Positions 13,650-26,575 of a DNA stretch of 64,000 nt are shown here, piece by piece. Within the stretch, counting starts at the first letter, position 1; the number at the start of each line of letters is the position of its first letter. Made by a program: the position numbers and the translations under genes. The notes below the pieces were generated by a model that was not told the DNA's origin, searched no databases, and saw only the letters and a program-made list of their open reading frames with translations. This stretch comes from Felis catus. Taxonomy: Eukaryota. Where the stretch lies: assembly GCF_018350175.1 (NCBI RefSeq), contig NC_058368.1, positions 194,310,001-194,374,000 of the forward strand. The letters are read 5' to 3'.

Positions 13650-13770
13650 TTTTTTAAAGTTTGTTTATTTATTTATTTAGAGAGAGCGAGTGAGTGCAGG
13701 GGAGGGGCAGAGAGAGAGAATCTGAAGCAGACTGCACTGCCAACACAGAGCCCATGCAGGGCTCAAACTC
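13650..13770 (-). mobile_element. Can-SINE 3' half (first part of a split element)
   Basis: T-tail, gagagag, ...agagcccatgcagggctcaaactc then an abrupt stop. Confidence 0.88.
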
Positions 13771-13830
13771 TCTCTGCTCCTCCCCCAGCTTATGCTCTCT
13801 CTCTCCTTCAAAAATAAATAAAAACATTAT
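13771..13830 (+). mobile_element. Can-SINE 3' tail only, opposite orientation
   Basis: tctctgctcctcccccagcttatgctctctctctccttcaaaaataaataaaaacatt. Confidence 0.85.
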
Positions 13831-14336
13831 TTTTTTTAATCCAGGGAGGCCAGTTTTTCTTCCAATCTCCTCTTACGGATGAGGAAATTGCAGCTCATGT
13901 TCTCCTGTTCCACCTGTTTCCTTCCCCACCTCCTGCCAGCCCACAATTCCTGCAAAATAACCACGATGCAAACTCTAAATCCCAACTTGATCCTTCTTGC
14001 ACTATGTACCCATCACCACACTGTTTGTATGTTGGCACGTTAAGGGATACATTAATAGATTATCCACTTCAAGATTCTGGACCTCAACTAAAATAATTGC
14101 ATGTAAAATTTGCACCCTGTAGAGCAATATGCAATTGAATGGACAATAATGAACCCTGAAAATACAGTGACATTCCTAAGCATTCTGGAATTCCCAAGTA
14201 TTTTAGGTTTTCAAGGTAATGGGAAAATACGGTATGATATTGTACTCAGTGGGTGGCAAGATGTGGTGCTGCATTTGAGTGCAAGGAAAGGACTTGCATC
14301 CAGATTCACATATGGGCACGTTAGCAAAGATTCAGC

Positions 14337-14406
14337 ACCGTGAGATCATGACCTGAGCTGAAATCAAGAGTTAGATGCTTAACCGACTGAGTCACCCAGG
14401 CACCCC
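14337..14406 (-). mobile_element. Can-SINE 5' half (second part of the split element)
   Basis: accgtgagatcatgacctgagctgaaatcaagag...cttaaccgactgagtcacccaggcacccc. Confidence 0.9.
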
Positions 14407-16439
14407 TCCAATTATATTTTCTTTACCTCTGAGTAAAGGTATTATCTTATTCCATCCATACTAAAGATGTATTAGGTAATATGGCACTTGGTAAACCTTA
14501 TATTTTATAATTTGGCATCAGAAATTATGCATTATTGGTCTTTAACATAATTTAGAACTGTGCCTGAAATATCTCTCAGTCAGCCCCAAAGAAGGGGTGG
14601 CTAAAAATGGACTTTTATTCATTGAAATAAAATAACCATGTATAAGTGACTATTCTTATTCAAATATAAGCACTAATCACAGTCACCTCCACTATTATAG
14701 ATTCCCACATTTCTATGAAGTAAACATCTTTGTGTCTTACAGATTTTACTATACTTTATCCATAGGATTTTACTATGAAGAAAAGGCAGATGTTGTATAG
14801 AAAAAAAAAAAAAGACTGCCTACTGCCTGCAGTGGGAGATTAAGGAGGAAACAAGACACAGAACTTTTCAAACACCATAGAACACTGATTCATTTCTAAA
14901 ATGTTTTTTCCTTTCTTAAGTCCTTATTTACTAGAAGTTGTTGTCAGGCTGTGATTAAACACATTGATCGCTAATTCCTCCCTGTTAACAAGACTAGCAA
15001 TCAGTTCTCTTAGAGGAAGTCTGATTGCCCCCATTGTGAAGGTTTAAATATTCCAGATGGCTTTACAGAAATTTTTGGGTTTTGTCCAGTACCATGGACA
15101 GCTCCACTTATTCATCTACAAAGGCCTGTGTACAAGTCCTTCCCACAAGTATTATGCATCCTTTGTCCAGCGTTTTTCACAATACCAAGTGTATGTTTTT
15201 CTCTTCCACTAAGAGATGCAGTGACATTTCCAGAAGCTGCATCCACATTTCATGAGCATTAGACTTCTGAGTGATCACCAAGATATATAGCAAGTTCTTT
15301 AATGAAGCACATAAGTCAATGATAAAAAATAATTTCTGCCAAATCTGAAGAAAACCTCCAACTTGGCATCTTTTTTTGTCTACAAACTGAGGGGTTTTTA
15401 TGAGTAATTATTGCTGTCTTTTTTTTCTAAGAAGCATCATTATTATTAGGGTGTCATTGCAGAGGCAAAGAAAAGAAAGAAGAAAAAACCCATAGATCTC
15501 AAAATTATCATAGGCAGGGCTTAAGGTTTTAGATGAGAAAAGAACTGTTGTTAGGATTTTAGTAAAAATAAGTGTTCTGCTGATGACTGATTTGTTTCAA
15601 TAGGGAGATAAACAATCCCAGAAACCATAGTTACAAATACAAAGTTGGCATCTCATTGTCAGATCACAAAGACTTAGCATTCTCAGTCACTCCCAAGAAA
15701 GTCAGACCCAATAGGTCAATCAGAATCTGTCCCCTTCTAGTGTCTCTAGTTTAAGAAGGGAATCAGTCTTCCTACAGGCCACAAATATATTTTCTTAAGT
15801 ATCCTTTCAAAAGGGTCCACTTGCAGTGTACTTCTCAGTCAACATGTTCATAAGGATCTTGGCAAATCCTCACAGATACTCCTTTAATTCCATCTAAAGT
15901 TCCCTATGGTGAAAATAATAGCTTGGATTTCCTCTAGGAACTGACTTACCACTACATCTGCATACAATCAAGAAGTTAAGGTGGGTTCCAAGTTCCACTA
16001 GTCATTCTAAAATTGTGTCCATCATTTAATGTCATCTGATATTCAAATATAAATAATGTCCCCATACCTGATCAATTTGTTCATGGATGCAATTAAAAGA
16101 GAATTTTTTTTAATCTGGATGCGATTACTAGATCAATCCAACACTGAATAAACGGTGCCTTCTCCCTGCAAAAATCTCCTCTGAAATTACAGGTTTAAAC
16201 AAGATGTGCTCCATGAATTTTAGAATTCTACCAAATAGCAAGTTCCTTGGTCAAGTCATTTTAGGCCTCTAAACCTTAGTTTCCTTATTTATGAAGATAA
16301 TAAATGTATCTCCTCTACCTCACAGATAAAAGGAAGATTATTAACATAAAATTCCATAATGATTTTAGCTAGACAACTCCGTTATATTTTATTTTGTCAG
16401 CGTTACATGCCATCAATAGCCAATATTTCATAGCCAAGA

Positions 16440-16560
16440 AATGTAGGGGCTCTAGAGTTAGACTAAGTTCCAAACTCAGCTCCATTGCTTATAAGCTATG
16501 TTACTTTAAGCAAGTTATTTTTAACCTCTATTAGTATAAATTCACTCATTTGTAAAATAT
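16440..16560 (+). mobile_element. MIR
   Basis: ggctctagagttagac...cagctccattgcttataagctatgttactttaagcaagtta...catttgtaaaat core. Confidence 0.7.
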
Positions 16561-17554
16561 TGTTGTTGATGGTGATGACAATAACAATAATAGGAGGAAA
16601 AGAAGAAAGAGAAAAGTGTTATTGTTAAGGGTAACAAGATCATTTGCATGGTAGGGGTCAAGTCAAGAAACTAGATAACAATAATCAAAACAGTGACAGC
16701 AGCAACTACTTCAGCTGCACTGAAAACCTGCCATGTACTGGGTGGGGATTGTGCTAAGTGTTTTTTAGGTATCATATCCTTCATATCCTTTCCTGTGGCC
16801 TTCTCCTTCACTTCTTTTACTTATCATCTTGCAAAGAGAGATCTTGTCAGGATTCTTTTGTTTTAAAAAAATTGTCTTACGGTTAGAGAATACTTTCTGT
16901 GTCCTCTCTTATTTGATTCTAGAAACAATCTAGGAGTTAATTATTGAAATTATTATACCCATTTTGCAGAGATAGAACTATTCTGAGAGGTTGCAAAGTT
17001 CATAAATAGGAGTACATAAATAGAAGATCAAATCTCTTGATTGCAAGGCTGGTATTCTCATTGTCTTCCTTCACTGCCTCTCATTGCAAAGACCCACTAG
17101 GTAAGCAAATGGCATAGGGCTAATTACTGACGGGCACTGAAATGGAATGGTATCCCACTGAGGAAATCTGAGCACATGGACAGCTGGATATCTTTTGAGT
17201 CCTCCCTCTGCCAAAAGTATATTCTAGCCAAGGAATTATTTTATTCATCAAATGCCAGAGGGTTGAATTTTTATGTAAGCTCAAGACTGAGTTGGCTGGC
17301 CGAAGAAGGCAAATAAAAATTGCATGAAGTTTGGAGTAGGCTGGGGGTGGGTAGCAAGTTTCCCTGCTGACTTGGCCTTTACTGCATGAAAGAGAAAGCT
17401 GAACCTCAGCAAGCCTTGTGTGTATCCTAGAGAAACTCATTTGACAAAAAATAAACCTTCTGTATGAAGGGAAATTCATGAGGCTGCAAAGGCCAGAGAA
17501 GCTGACCATTTTTTTTAAGAAGGAAATGTGAAAAATAGCAACTCTCTTTTTTCC

Positions 17555-17990
17555 CTTTGTTCATTCAAGATATATTTAATGTCCATTTTGTATTCAGATT
17601 TGCTAGGCACTGGGAAGCACATATAAGAAACAGATCATATTCCTATGCTCAAAGATATTAAGTACCAATGCTGGGCTCTGAAGAATAGAAAAAGATGGTT
17701 CCAGCCTCAAGAAGCTCACATCTAATAGGAAAGGAGACACCCATAAGAAACTACAATGCTACTAATACTATAATACTACAGTGTTCGTGCTATCAGAAGC
17801 AGACTATGATAAGACCTATGACAGAATGGAAGGAAAAAGGAAGGATAGAGAAATTCTGATGGAATAATCATGGAAGTCTTCACAAAGGAGGTGATATTTT
17901 AGGTAGGCCAGTGATAATATCTGAATAGCAATACTTCAGAAACTAAGACTTACAGAAATGCTGAGGCATTCAGGGAAGGCTGAATAGTGG
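17555..17990 (-). mobile_element. L2 3' end(s), antisense
   Basis: ttcattcaagatatattta...gctaggcactggg...cagcctcaagaagctcacatcta...tcttcacaaaggaggtgatattt. Confidence 0.7.
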
Positions 17991-18109
17991 AAGCAGTTCT
18001 CCCACTCCAGAAACATCAAATATTACTTTTTTCTTTAAGATAACATCTTAATGGAAGCAGTAAAGTGGGAAGAAAGTGATTATTGCTAATGTGATATAGC
18101 AAAAGCAGA

Positions 18110-18290
18110 AGAGTGAAGCTTTTAAGAGCTGGCACTAGGAGTCAGGCAGTACCAGCTTCAAATCTCAGCATCATCGTTTTCGAGATTTGTGACCTCAATT
18201 AATTCAGTTAAAGTCTCTAAACTTCAGTTTTCTAGGCTGTGGAAGGGGTAATACAACCAACTTAGGGTTAATGGAAACATATTAGTAAGC
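18110..18290 (+). mobile_element. MIR
   Basis: ggagtcaggcag...ttcaaatctcagc...tttgtgacct...tctctaaacttcagttttc. Confidence 0.65.
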
Positions 18291-18829
18291 TTGTTAATAA
18301 TATCTAAAATGTGAAAGTACATAGTATTTAAATGAAGAGAAAGGGGAAAGAGTCCTAACTGATGTCCAGGAATTGTGCCAAGAAAGAGTGGATGATTAGG
18401 CTTATGGGAATAAAAAGTCTGCAAGAAAGAGAAAAATAACTCAATTTGAATTGAATTATTTTACTTGATATTCAACCTTCTTTGGAAATGTCCCTCCTCG
18501 TGGGCACAGGTTGTACATCATCACAGCTCAAAGACCAAGTAGAGAACAATGGTCAAAAGCAAGTTATATACGCTGCTTATTTTGAGCTCTTTACTTGATG
18601 ATTTTCTCATTGAAACAAAAGTGATCAGTTGTCCAAAAGCACATGCATTTGCATAAGAAGTCATGAATTTTACATAGTCTTTGACACCTAGGAAAGTAAG
18701 TTATATCAGGGTGCCTGATGGAAGAAGCGCTTTATATAGAAAAAGTATGAAAGATTTGGCAAAGATGAAAATTTTCAATAACTTAATGTTTTATTACTAT
18801 TCTTGATGCTTTTCGCATTCCTGAAAATT

Positions 18830-19590
18830 TTACTCTTTACTTTTTCTCTTACCCTACAGCCATCTCACCAGAAAATACCATCAACTCTACTTTTGAAATG
18901 TGTCCAGAATCTGACCACTTTTTTTTTTTTAACCTCCAAATCTATCACTTTAGTCCAAGCCACTATAATCTCTCACTGGACCATGACAATTTGACAATTT
19001 GACCATGACAATTATGAATTTGTCTCATCTTTCCACTCCTACCCCCTCTAGTCTCTTTTCCACACAATATCTAGACAGATGGTTCAAAATCGTATCAGAT
19101 CACATCACTCCTCTGCTCAGATCCCCCAGAGGCTTCCCAGTCACTCACGGTTTTTATAAAAAACCTATTTGATCTGACCCCATTACCTAAACCTTCTCCT
19201 TCTTGCTCAGTGTTCTTCATTTATTCTGGCTTCTTTGCTCTTCCACAAACATGGCAAACACTCTCCTCAAGGCCTTTACACCTCTCTCATTTGCCAAACC
19301 ATTCTTCTAGGTAACATCAAGGCTCACTCACTCACCTTATTCAGGTTCTAATAAAACAGCAATGCAGTAAGACTCCCTCCCAGATTAACACCTCTGAAAG
19401 AGTAATCAATCCCTATTATCATTCTTTCTTGCTAACTTGATTTTTATTTCACTGCATTTATCACTACTGATAGAATAAACATATTATTTTCAATTACCTG
19501 TTTCCCCCTACCAGACTAAAGCTTCACAAGGACTAACACTTTGTTTTGTCCTCTGCTGGATCTCCAGTGCCCATTACTCATGTCAAATAA
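18830..19590 (+). mobile_element. L2 3' end
   Basis: ccagaatctgaccactt...tagtccaagccactataatctctcactgga...tcagatcacatcactcctctgctca...ctgctggatctccagtgcc. Confidence 0.85.
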
Positions 19591-20574
19591 GTACCACCAG
19601 AGAAAGCCTTAGGAATTGAAATGTAGTAACTATCCCCCTTCACTGTCTAACTTCAACCTCAGAAACTTAAAGATTCACCAACCATGTAATACAAAAATCC
19701 ATTTCAAGATATTGCTGTTCATTGACTTAACACTAAAATGAGATGCTAAAAACTGAAATGTTTATTAATGTACACATCAACATTGAATGAAAGCCATCAT
19801 ATTAAATACATCCTAGGTTATTGGATCTTACAGACCCTATGTTGCATTTTACTAAATGTAGAAGAGGAATTGCAAGCCCCAAGTTGAAGATAAAAAATAA
19901 ATAAAACCAAGAGCTTATAGTTTAAATAGCTACTTCATAAATATAAAATCTAGTTTTACCTCATTAAAAATAATGGTCAACATTTACTGTAGAATTACTG
20001 CTGGAATGGTTAAAGTCATTCATCTTCTATTTTATTAATTTTACCAATATGTTGGTTTTATGAAAGCACTGAAGATTGTGGAAGTATAAAGTGATATATA
20101 GCCAAACTATCAAAATTGTTTCATGTTTAATTTATCATATGATTTGGGGTAAATGGCTTGAACTCATGTTTCTGCAGATATAATTGCTTTGAAAGCAATG
20201 CAGATATTTGAGATTTTTAAAAGTGAATCAAAAGAAAATATTAAGTAATTAATAGCAGAGGTGTTACTTAGATGTAGCAAAACTTGTGAAGGATGTCTGT
20301 AATTTACTTAAGTTTGAAAAATGCTGACACATAGTATTTCAATTTACCTTTGCAGAAGTCCTGTGAAGATACTATTAATTGTTCAGACATGTCTCCTTTC
20401 AGATAAAATATTGATAACCCGAGAGATGAACTACTCAAGATCTCATAACTAATGTTCTAGAGAACTGAGGCTAACACCATGTCCCCTGAACATAGTTTGT
20501 ATCCTTTCCATTAATCTGCCATAATCAAAGGCCTCTTTCATCTCAAAACCAACAATGGCTATCAAAGACTAGGA

Positions 20575-21090
20575 CCAGGATTGCAGGCTGGCAACCTACC
20601 ATCTAGGTGTGGCCCATGGACAGATTTTGACTATATCATAAACATTTTGACTATATCATATACATTTTATAAATTTGAACTTGTATCCAACATTTTTTAC
20701 AACCCAAAATTTTTCACATAAAAATTGTATCTTTCTGCCTTCCTATGAAAATTCCAGACAGTCAGACAACAAACAGTTATATAAGCCAAAAGTTGAGTTG
20801 AATCCCACGCATGTGTATATATTCTCTAGAGAGTGATAGCATCTCCAGATGGCCAGCTACAGTTTCAGTACCTGACTGTTATTACAGGCATTTTGCACTT
20901 TGAGACCACAGGATTGCAGAACAGTTATGTTTTAGTCAATAGGGTTCTAGTTCTTTTCCTGAAGTTGGACAGAGAAACACTGGATAGAATTCAATCAGAT
21001 TCAATTAGCAGGACCACAGATGCTTCGTTCAATACCTGAGACTCAACTGGTATTACATAATTTCTAGTGTACTTCTGTTCAGTCTATTTT
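20575..21090. mobile_element. MER102-like hAT-Charlie element
   Basis: ggattgcaggctggca...ggcccatggacagatttt...tttcacataaaaattgtatctttctg; right boundary uncertain. Confidence 0.55.
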
Positions 21091-21230
21091 CATTACCCTT
21101 TCTTATCAAAAGGGATATTCTAGAAAAGATAATGTTTTCCAAATAGTGGCTCATTGATCCCTTGCATTGGAATGATCTTGAACTAGGGCCTTATCTATGG
21201 ATCATCTCTAGAGTTCAGTTACCTCCACAT

Positions 21231-21311
21231 AGAGCTGTGCTTCAAGTGATGGCATTTACATAGAAGGCAATGTGAATGGTGTCCCTGGAATTGTACAATA
21301 TGGCAACCCTG
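21231..21311. mobile_element. MER91-like hAT element fragment
   Basis: atgtgaatggtgtccctggaattgtacaatatggcaaccctg. Confidence 0.65.
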
Positions 21312-21896
21312 ACTGACTCCCATATATTCTGGCTCAGGACACCAGAATAATACTGGAACAAAGGTAAAGATATTTATAGGAAAATAACAATTCAGAAACA
21401 CACAAATATTTCTTTGAAGAGATGGCAGGCAGCTCAAACTAAATAGGCTCAAGCAGCCTGTTTGTCATCAATTTATCATCAGCACCAGCACCTGTAAGTG
21501 AAGCTTTGGTCCATCAGGCCTAATGATCTCATCCCAAGCTTAATACTGAGCATCATTTCAAAATCCTTCCTTAGAAAGTAAATTACTCAAACGCCTTGGT
21601 CACACTAGTGAAATTGTTCTTTTTATTTTTTTCCTAAAAAATGGAAATTATTCTCAGGTGACTAAATGTAAATTTCAAACCCCTTATCAGCAAAGGAGGA
21701 GGCTCTTCATCTGTTATGTCTCAAAAGCCATGAAGTAGTTCATGGAAAAGCACAGAAACCACAGCTAAGCTTTTTGAGAACTTCTACGAGAAGAGCTGCC
21801 ACAGAGCCAAGCTGACACACTCCACACATTCATGTTCCTTCACAGCCTGCAATTCCACCTTTCTGTTTTCTATCTGAAAAACAATAAAAATCATAC

Positions 21897-21986
21897 CTCC
21901 CGAAATTCTGCGCTGCTTGTGTGCTAGTCATGGAATAAGGTCTTAGCCAGCTTCTCATGTATAGATGGATTTCAGCCCGGTAAGAA
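21897..21986 (-). other. Candidate 90-nt internal exon (coding status unknown)
   Basis: Minus strand caactttag|TTCTTA...GGGAG|gtatga; one open frame SYRAEIHLYMRSWLRPYSMTSTQAAQNFG; non-repetitive, 3 CpG. Confidence 0.35.
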
Positions 21987-22256
21987 CTAAAGTTGTAATA
22001 TTGGTAAGATAGGTCATTTACCACCTTCCTACCCCGTGGCGTTAGATCCGTGTCAACCCTTCAAAAGTACTAAGCCTGCTTCCGACCCTCACTATTTAAA
22101 TATTTAACAATTTTTTTTTGCAGCGCAGGGAATTAGAAAGCAATCTTGTCTCATATTTGTAAGCACCATGAAGACATCACCAAGGAATAAAACACCACAA
22201 AAGCTGTCAGATAGAATTGTTCAAAACAAATTCAGTTTCCTGCTTGAGTGAACATT

Positions 22257-22275
22257 CACTGCCCCCTCGTGGTCA
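22257..22275 (-). promoter_or_regulatory. CTCF-like motif
   Basis: Reverse complement TGACCACGAGGGGGCAGTG fits core CCAS(Y)AGRKGGCR, in unique sequence. Confidence 0.6.
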
Positions 22276-23774
22276 CAAGAAGCCACAGGACTGTGTACAC
22301 AACAGGAGCAATGCTCTGGAAGCCTTAGAAATGGGGCCCAACACAAGGCATTTGGGATGATGGATGGTGCTGATTTATAAAGCCATTTTTGTCCCTGTTA
22401 ATATGGCAATTGCAGTTAACTTGCAGTAGTAAGCTTAACGGCGACAATCTCAAAAGCATACATGGCTTCTTTTAGACATGGACAGTCTTCCAGGTTACTA
22501 AATCTTTCATTGGTTCATTATAGACACATTTATTCAAGAAATATTGATTGCCTACTAATCGCAAAGAATTTTTTATGGATATTGGGGATATCTGTGGGGA
22601 AAATAGATATAATCTTTGCTCTTACAGCACCCCGTACTTTATGGGTGCTGAGGATATATACATTAACAACAATCATGGCCTAAGTTTACTGAAAGCAAAG
22701 AAAAGCACCAGGTTCGTTTTGATTCCTCCCTCAAGATGTAGAAAAGAAGGCATCATCTTACCACTATACCATTCTGCCATTGTAAAACAGACGGTCTCTG
22801 GTGGAAGGGCTCCAAAAGACGGTAAAGCAAATTCTCCCATTTGCAGTGGTGGCCCAATAGGGTTGTGATCAAGAGCAGGGACTTTGAGTTCCAGCGTCAG
22901 TATCCACCTTTCTGAATCTCCATGTTCTCGTTTTTGTAGAGATCACAAGTTAATTTGTAAGTCTGTAGCAAAATTAAAAGAATGAAAACATAAAGTGCCC
23001 AGTCAAGCAACTGGCAGGGGTATTTCGGGTGGGGGCTGTGGGGCTCAATCATTCAGAGGTGGCAACAGAGAGTTGTCCCATAAACTACCTCTCCTTGTAC
23101 TTCTATTTTTCTCTTTTTTTTAATCTAGAGAAAAAAATCTGATTTTCACACTTTTGCAGAACAAACAGAACTGTGACTTTTGTTTCACATTGTACTTTTG
23201 TGTTCTTTTGAAAGGTTTGGCACTTTCCAAACGATCACATTTTTCTGCTCCTTTCCCATATCATGGGAGCATGTTGAGATGTTATGCCAGGTCATCAGGG
23301 AAGAGCACTCAAAGGTGCCTGCCATCCTGATACTGATGCTGCACTTAAGGTGATTGAGTCAAGTTGGATTCAATAAATGTAAAAAAAAAAAATCGTGCTT
23401 TAATAATATTATAGTCCACACTTGTCACTATTAATAATGATAATAATAATTAGCTCTACTATTACTTTGAGTAGATCTGCCCAAAATGGCCCTCAGGTAA
23501 CAAATAGTAGCCCCCAAATCTAAGAGTTTCATTCAAAGCATGTTATGCCTAGATCACTTTCAGCACTGTCTCCTGAAAAACTGATGCCATATGGAGCATA
23601 CAAAACAAAACTACAAACTGCCAGATCACAGTGAATGGCAGAGTAAGGACCACCAGAGATGTGTAGGAGTCTGTGTACCCCTTCTTGGCCTTTAACATGG
23701 GAGCTTTTATGGCGATGGAGAACCAAGTTACCAAATCATGGAATCAGAGTTAAAACGAGCTTGAGGACCTACTC

Positions 23775-24080
23775 CAAGGGTCATTCTTTTATGGGCCAGG
23801 TAGAGACCACACATAAGTGAACTAGTATAGCTGTGGAGAACTTGATCAACCAAGGAGCAATGAATGTTCTGTCTTGAGAGGACAGCTACAACTCAGAACC
23901 GGCCAATTGTTTTAATGCAAGAATGTGGGCCCACTCTTGCCAGATCTGCAGATATTCCAAGCAAAGGCAGAACTCTAGAATTTATGTAATATTTCCCTTT
24001 TTTTTTTCAAAACATGGCAAAAGTTGAAGCAGGTTGCAAAGGAGTATTGAGCCCACAGACCTCCCATTTGCCACTCTGAC
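23775..24080. mobile_element. MER103-like hAT-Charlie element
   Basis: aagaatgtgggcccactcttgccagatct...gcagaactctagaatttatgtaatatttccc. Confidence 0.65.
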
Positions 24081-25098
24081 TCTTTAAAGAGGACAACATT
24101 TTAAAGAGAGGAATCTGAAGTCTAGAATGGGGAAGGGATTCTTCAAAGGCCATATAGTTAGTCAACAATAAAAAGAGGCAGACAACAGAATCCCTACCCC
24201 TAATTATAGAAGTACTGATAATTTATTTCTTACACATTATCTTTTCTCTCACACACATCTTGCTACATCTAGCATTTGGCACAAGTCTCAACTACAATGA
24301 TACAAGCAGAGGACTTCTCATCTATGGTTGGTTCCCATGGTTTTCCAGGAAACAAACACAAAGACGAAAAACAGCATGCTAGTTTGGGTAAGAAATGTAG
24401 CCCAGATGGATTGAAAGTACTTGGAGAAAAAAAAAAGGATGTATTTAAGCTGAATTATTATTATTTTTGTGCTTCTACAAGCAGTTTACATCTGGAATGA
24501 GTTATCCAGTTAACGTAATGAGATTTGGGGCCATAATCATCTTTAAATAGGAGAAAGGAATTATGGAGGAACTTAATTACCAATCTAAAATTCCTACTGG
24601 GACTTAGAAAGTTTTCGTTACAGCCCCATTTTGAGATCTAAGTACCCAATGACTTGGAAAAGTCACTTTACCTCTACAGCTCCCCTGAGGTGATTAATCT
24701 CCCTCAATTCCAAAATTGTTTAACTTTTTCTATTTTTTAATGATTAAAACAAGTATTTAGCAATCTAGCACCTAGGACAAGACAACAAAGTGCTCAATGC
24801 CACATTGGAGGGATCCATGAAGGAAGTAACACTGGACCTGTTGCCCTTGACCTTGGGTATTGCAGTTTCTTTCTTTACTGCTATCAAGAGCCCGGCCCTG
24901 AAGCTGAAGCTGAGTCTGCCATTGCTGTCAGGGAAACATTGTGAAATGAAGGGAACAATTTGCCAAGAGAGAACACTGTGTAAAAACTTAACCCCACATT
25001 TAAGTACATTCCTTAAAAAGTCTGAATCCTATAAATCTCCGGGTCCTAGGTCTTCAAATCTAGTTCATGGCTTCATTTGAAGGAAGCTATTTTTCAGG

Positions 25099-25456
25099 TG
25101 CTACAGACTGAATTATGTTCCCCTTAAATTCATATATTAACCCCCCCCCAATGTGGTTGTATTTGGAAATAAAGCTTTTAGGAAGTAATTATAGTTAAAT
25201 GAGATTATGAGGGTGGGGTCCTAATCTATTAATGATACTTGGTAGCTTTCTAAGAAGGGGAGAAATCTATTCCCTGCCACATGCACACTCAAAAAGAAAA
25301 GACCATGTGAAGACATAGGGAGAAAGCAGTCAGCAGCTTGATCTTAGATTTCCCAGCCTCTGTAACTGTGGGAAGTAAATGTCTATTGTTTAAGCGCCAC
25401 CCCAACCCCACCCTGGTCTGTGATATCTTGTAGTTGCAGCTGAGCTGACAAAGACA
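25099..25456 (+). mobile_element. MLT1A/B-like MaLR solo LTR
   Basis: tgctacagactgaattatgttcccc...agggtggggtcctaatc...ccatgtgaagaca...ttcccagcctctgtaactgtg...gctgacaaagaca; TG...CA ends. Confidence 0.85.
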
Positions 25457-25992
25457 CCAAACTCCATCTCATACACTGGAAAGATGCTTTTACTATTATA
25501 CGCACATTCACATTCATTTTGGGCTCCCATACACACTGGGCAATAGAAAAGTTAAGAGTTCTTCACGTCCTGATGTGGAAATATACACAGAGATATCGAG
25601 AGACCTGCTCAAATCATGGAGCAGGTGTGTGGCAGAGACAGTATCAGACCTTGGGAACAGCTCCACACCCAGCTTTTCTTCCCTGCCCCAGAAGCAGATG
25701 CTCCCATGTTGGAGATCGGCCTTCTCCAACTGCAAACTCTTCTATCAAAGGGACTTTGATGACACTGTGCTAGCTTCCCACTGGTCACCTTTCACCCTAC
25801 AGCATGTTTCTAATTAGTATAAAAGGAAGGGGGGGTGACACTTTGAAGCTGGGGCAGAGGAAGGAGGAGTGACTGAAGGATTAATTGCCTCCCAGCTGTC
25901 AGGATGGTAATTAAATTCAGGTTGTTGACTCCAGCCTTGTTTTGATTATGTGAAAGGAATCTCCAAATGCAGCCACAATTTCCACTGTCTTC

Positions 25993-25995
<3 letters not shown>

Positions 25996-26028
<33 letters not shown>
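25996..26028. repeat. Pure (T)33 tract
   Basis: Directly visible. Confidence 0.95.
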
Positions 26029-26031
<3 letters not shown>

Positions 26032-26244
26032 GAAGACAGGGTGACCTAAACATGAAAACATAGAGAATGACACATACTTGGCCAGCATCCAGGCCAAGCA
26101 GCTTCCTGGTGCTGAGGAACCGTCTAACTTTCAGTTCTCTTTATAAAACAAAACTGCTCAACTCGTGTGCACATGCAGGACCACCTTTAGAGAAAATGGT
26201 ATCTAAGTGTTATGAAGTCATTTTTTTTTAATTTGCATCTTTGC

Positions 26245-26557
26245 TTTTATTTTTAATATGAAATTTATTATTAAATTGCTTTCCATACAACACCCAGTGC
26301 TCATCCCAACAGGTGCCCTCCTCAATGCCCATCACCCACTTTCCCCTCCCTCCCACACCCCTATAAACCCTCAGTTTATTCTCAGTTTTTAAGAGACTCT
26401 CATGGTTTGCCTCCCTCCCTCTCTAACCCTTCCTTTTTTTTTTCCTTCCCCTCCCCCATGGTCTTCCGTTAAGTTTCTTAGGATCCACATAAGAGTGAAA
26501 ACATATGGTATCTATCTTTCTCTGTATGACTTATTTCACTTAGCATAACACTCTCCA
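26245..26557 (-). mobile_element. Felid-type L1 3' end, antisense
   Basis: atatgaaatttatt...ttccatacaacacccagtgctcatcccaacaggtgccctcctcaatgcccatcaccca...gacttatttcacttagcataac. Confidence 0.92.
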
Positions 26558-26575
26558 TTTAAACAGATGAAATAA

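Noticed and set aside
15014..15260. ~80-codon stop-free frame on the plus strand
   Set aside because: No ATG, no convincing donor, peptide unrecognisable
17120..17509. 129-aa minus-strand ORF in unique DNA
   Set aside because: No homology recognised and composition looks like non-coding sequence
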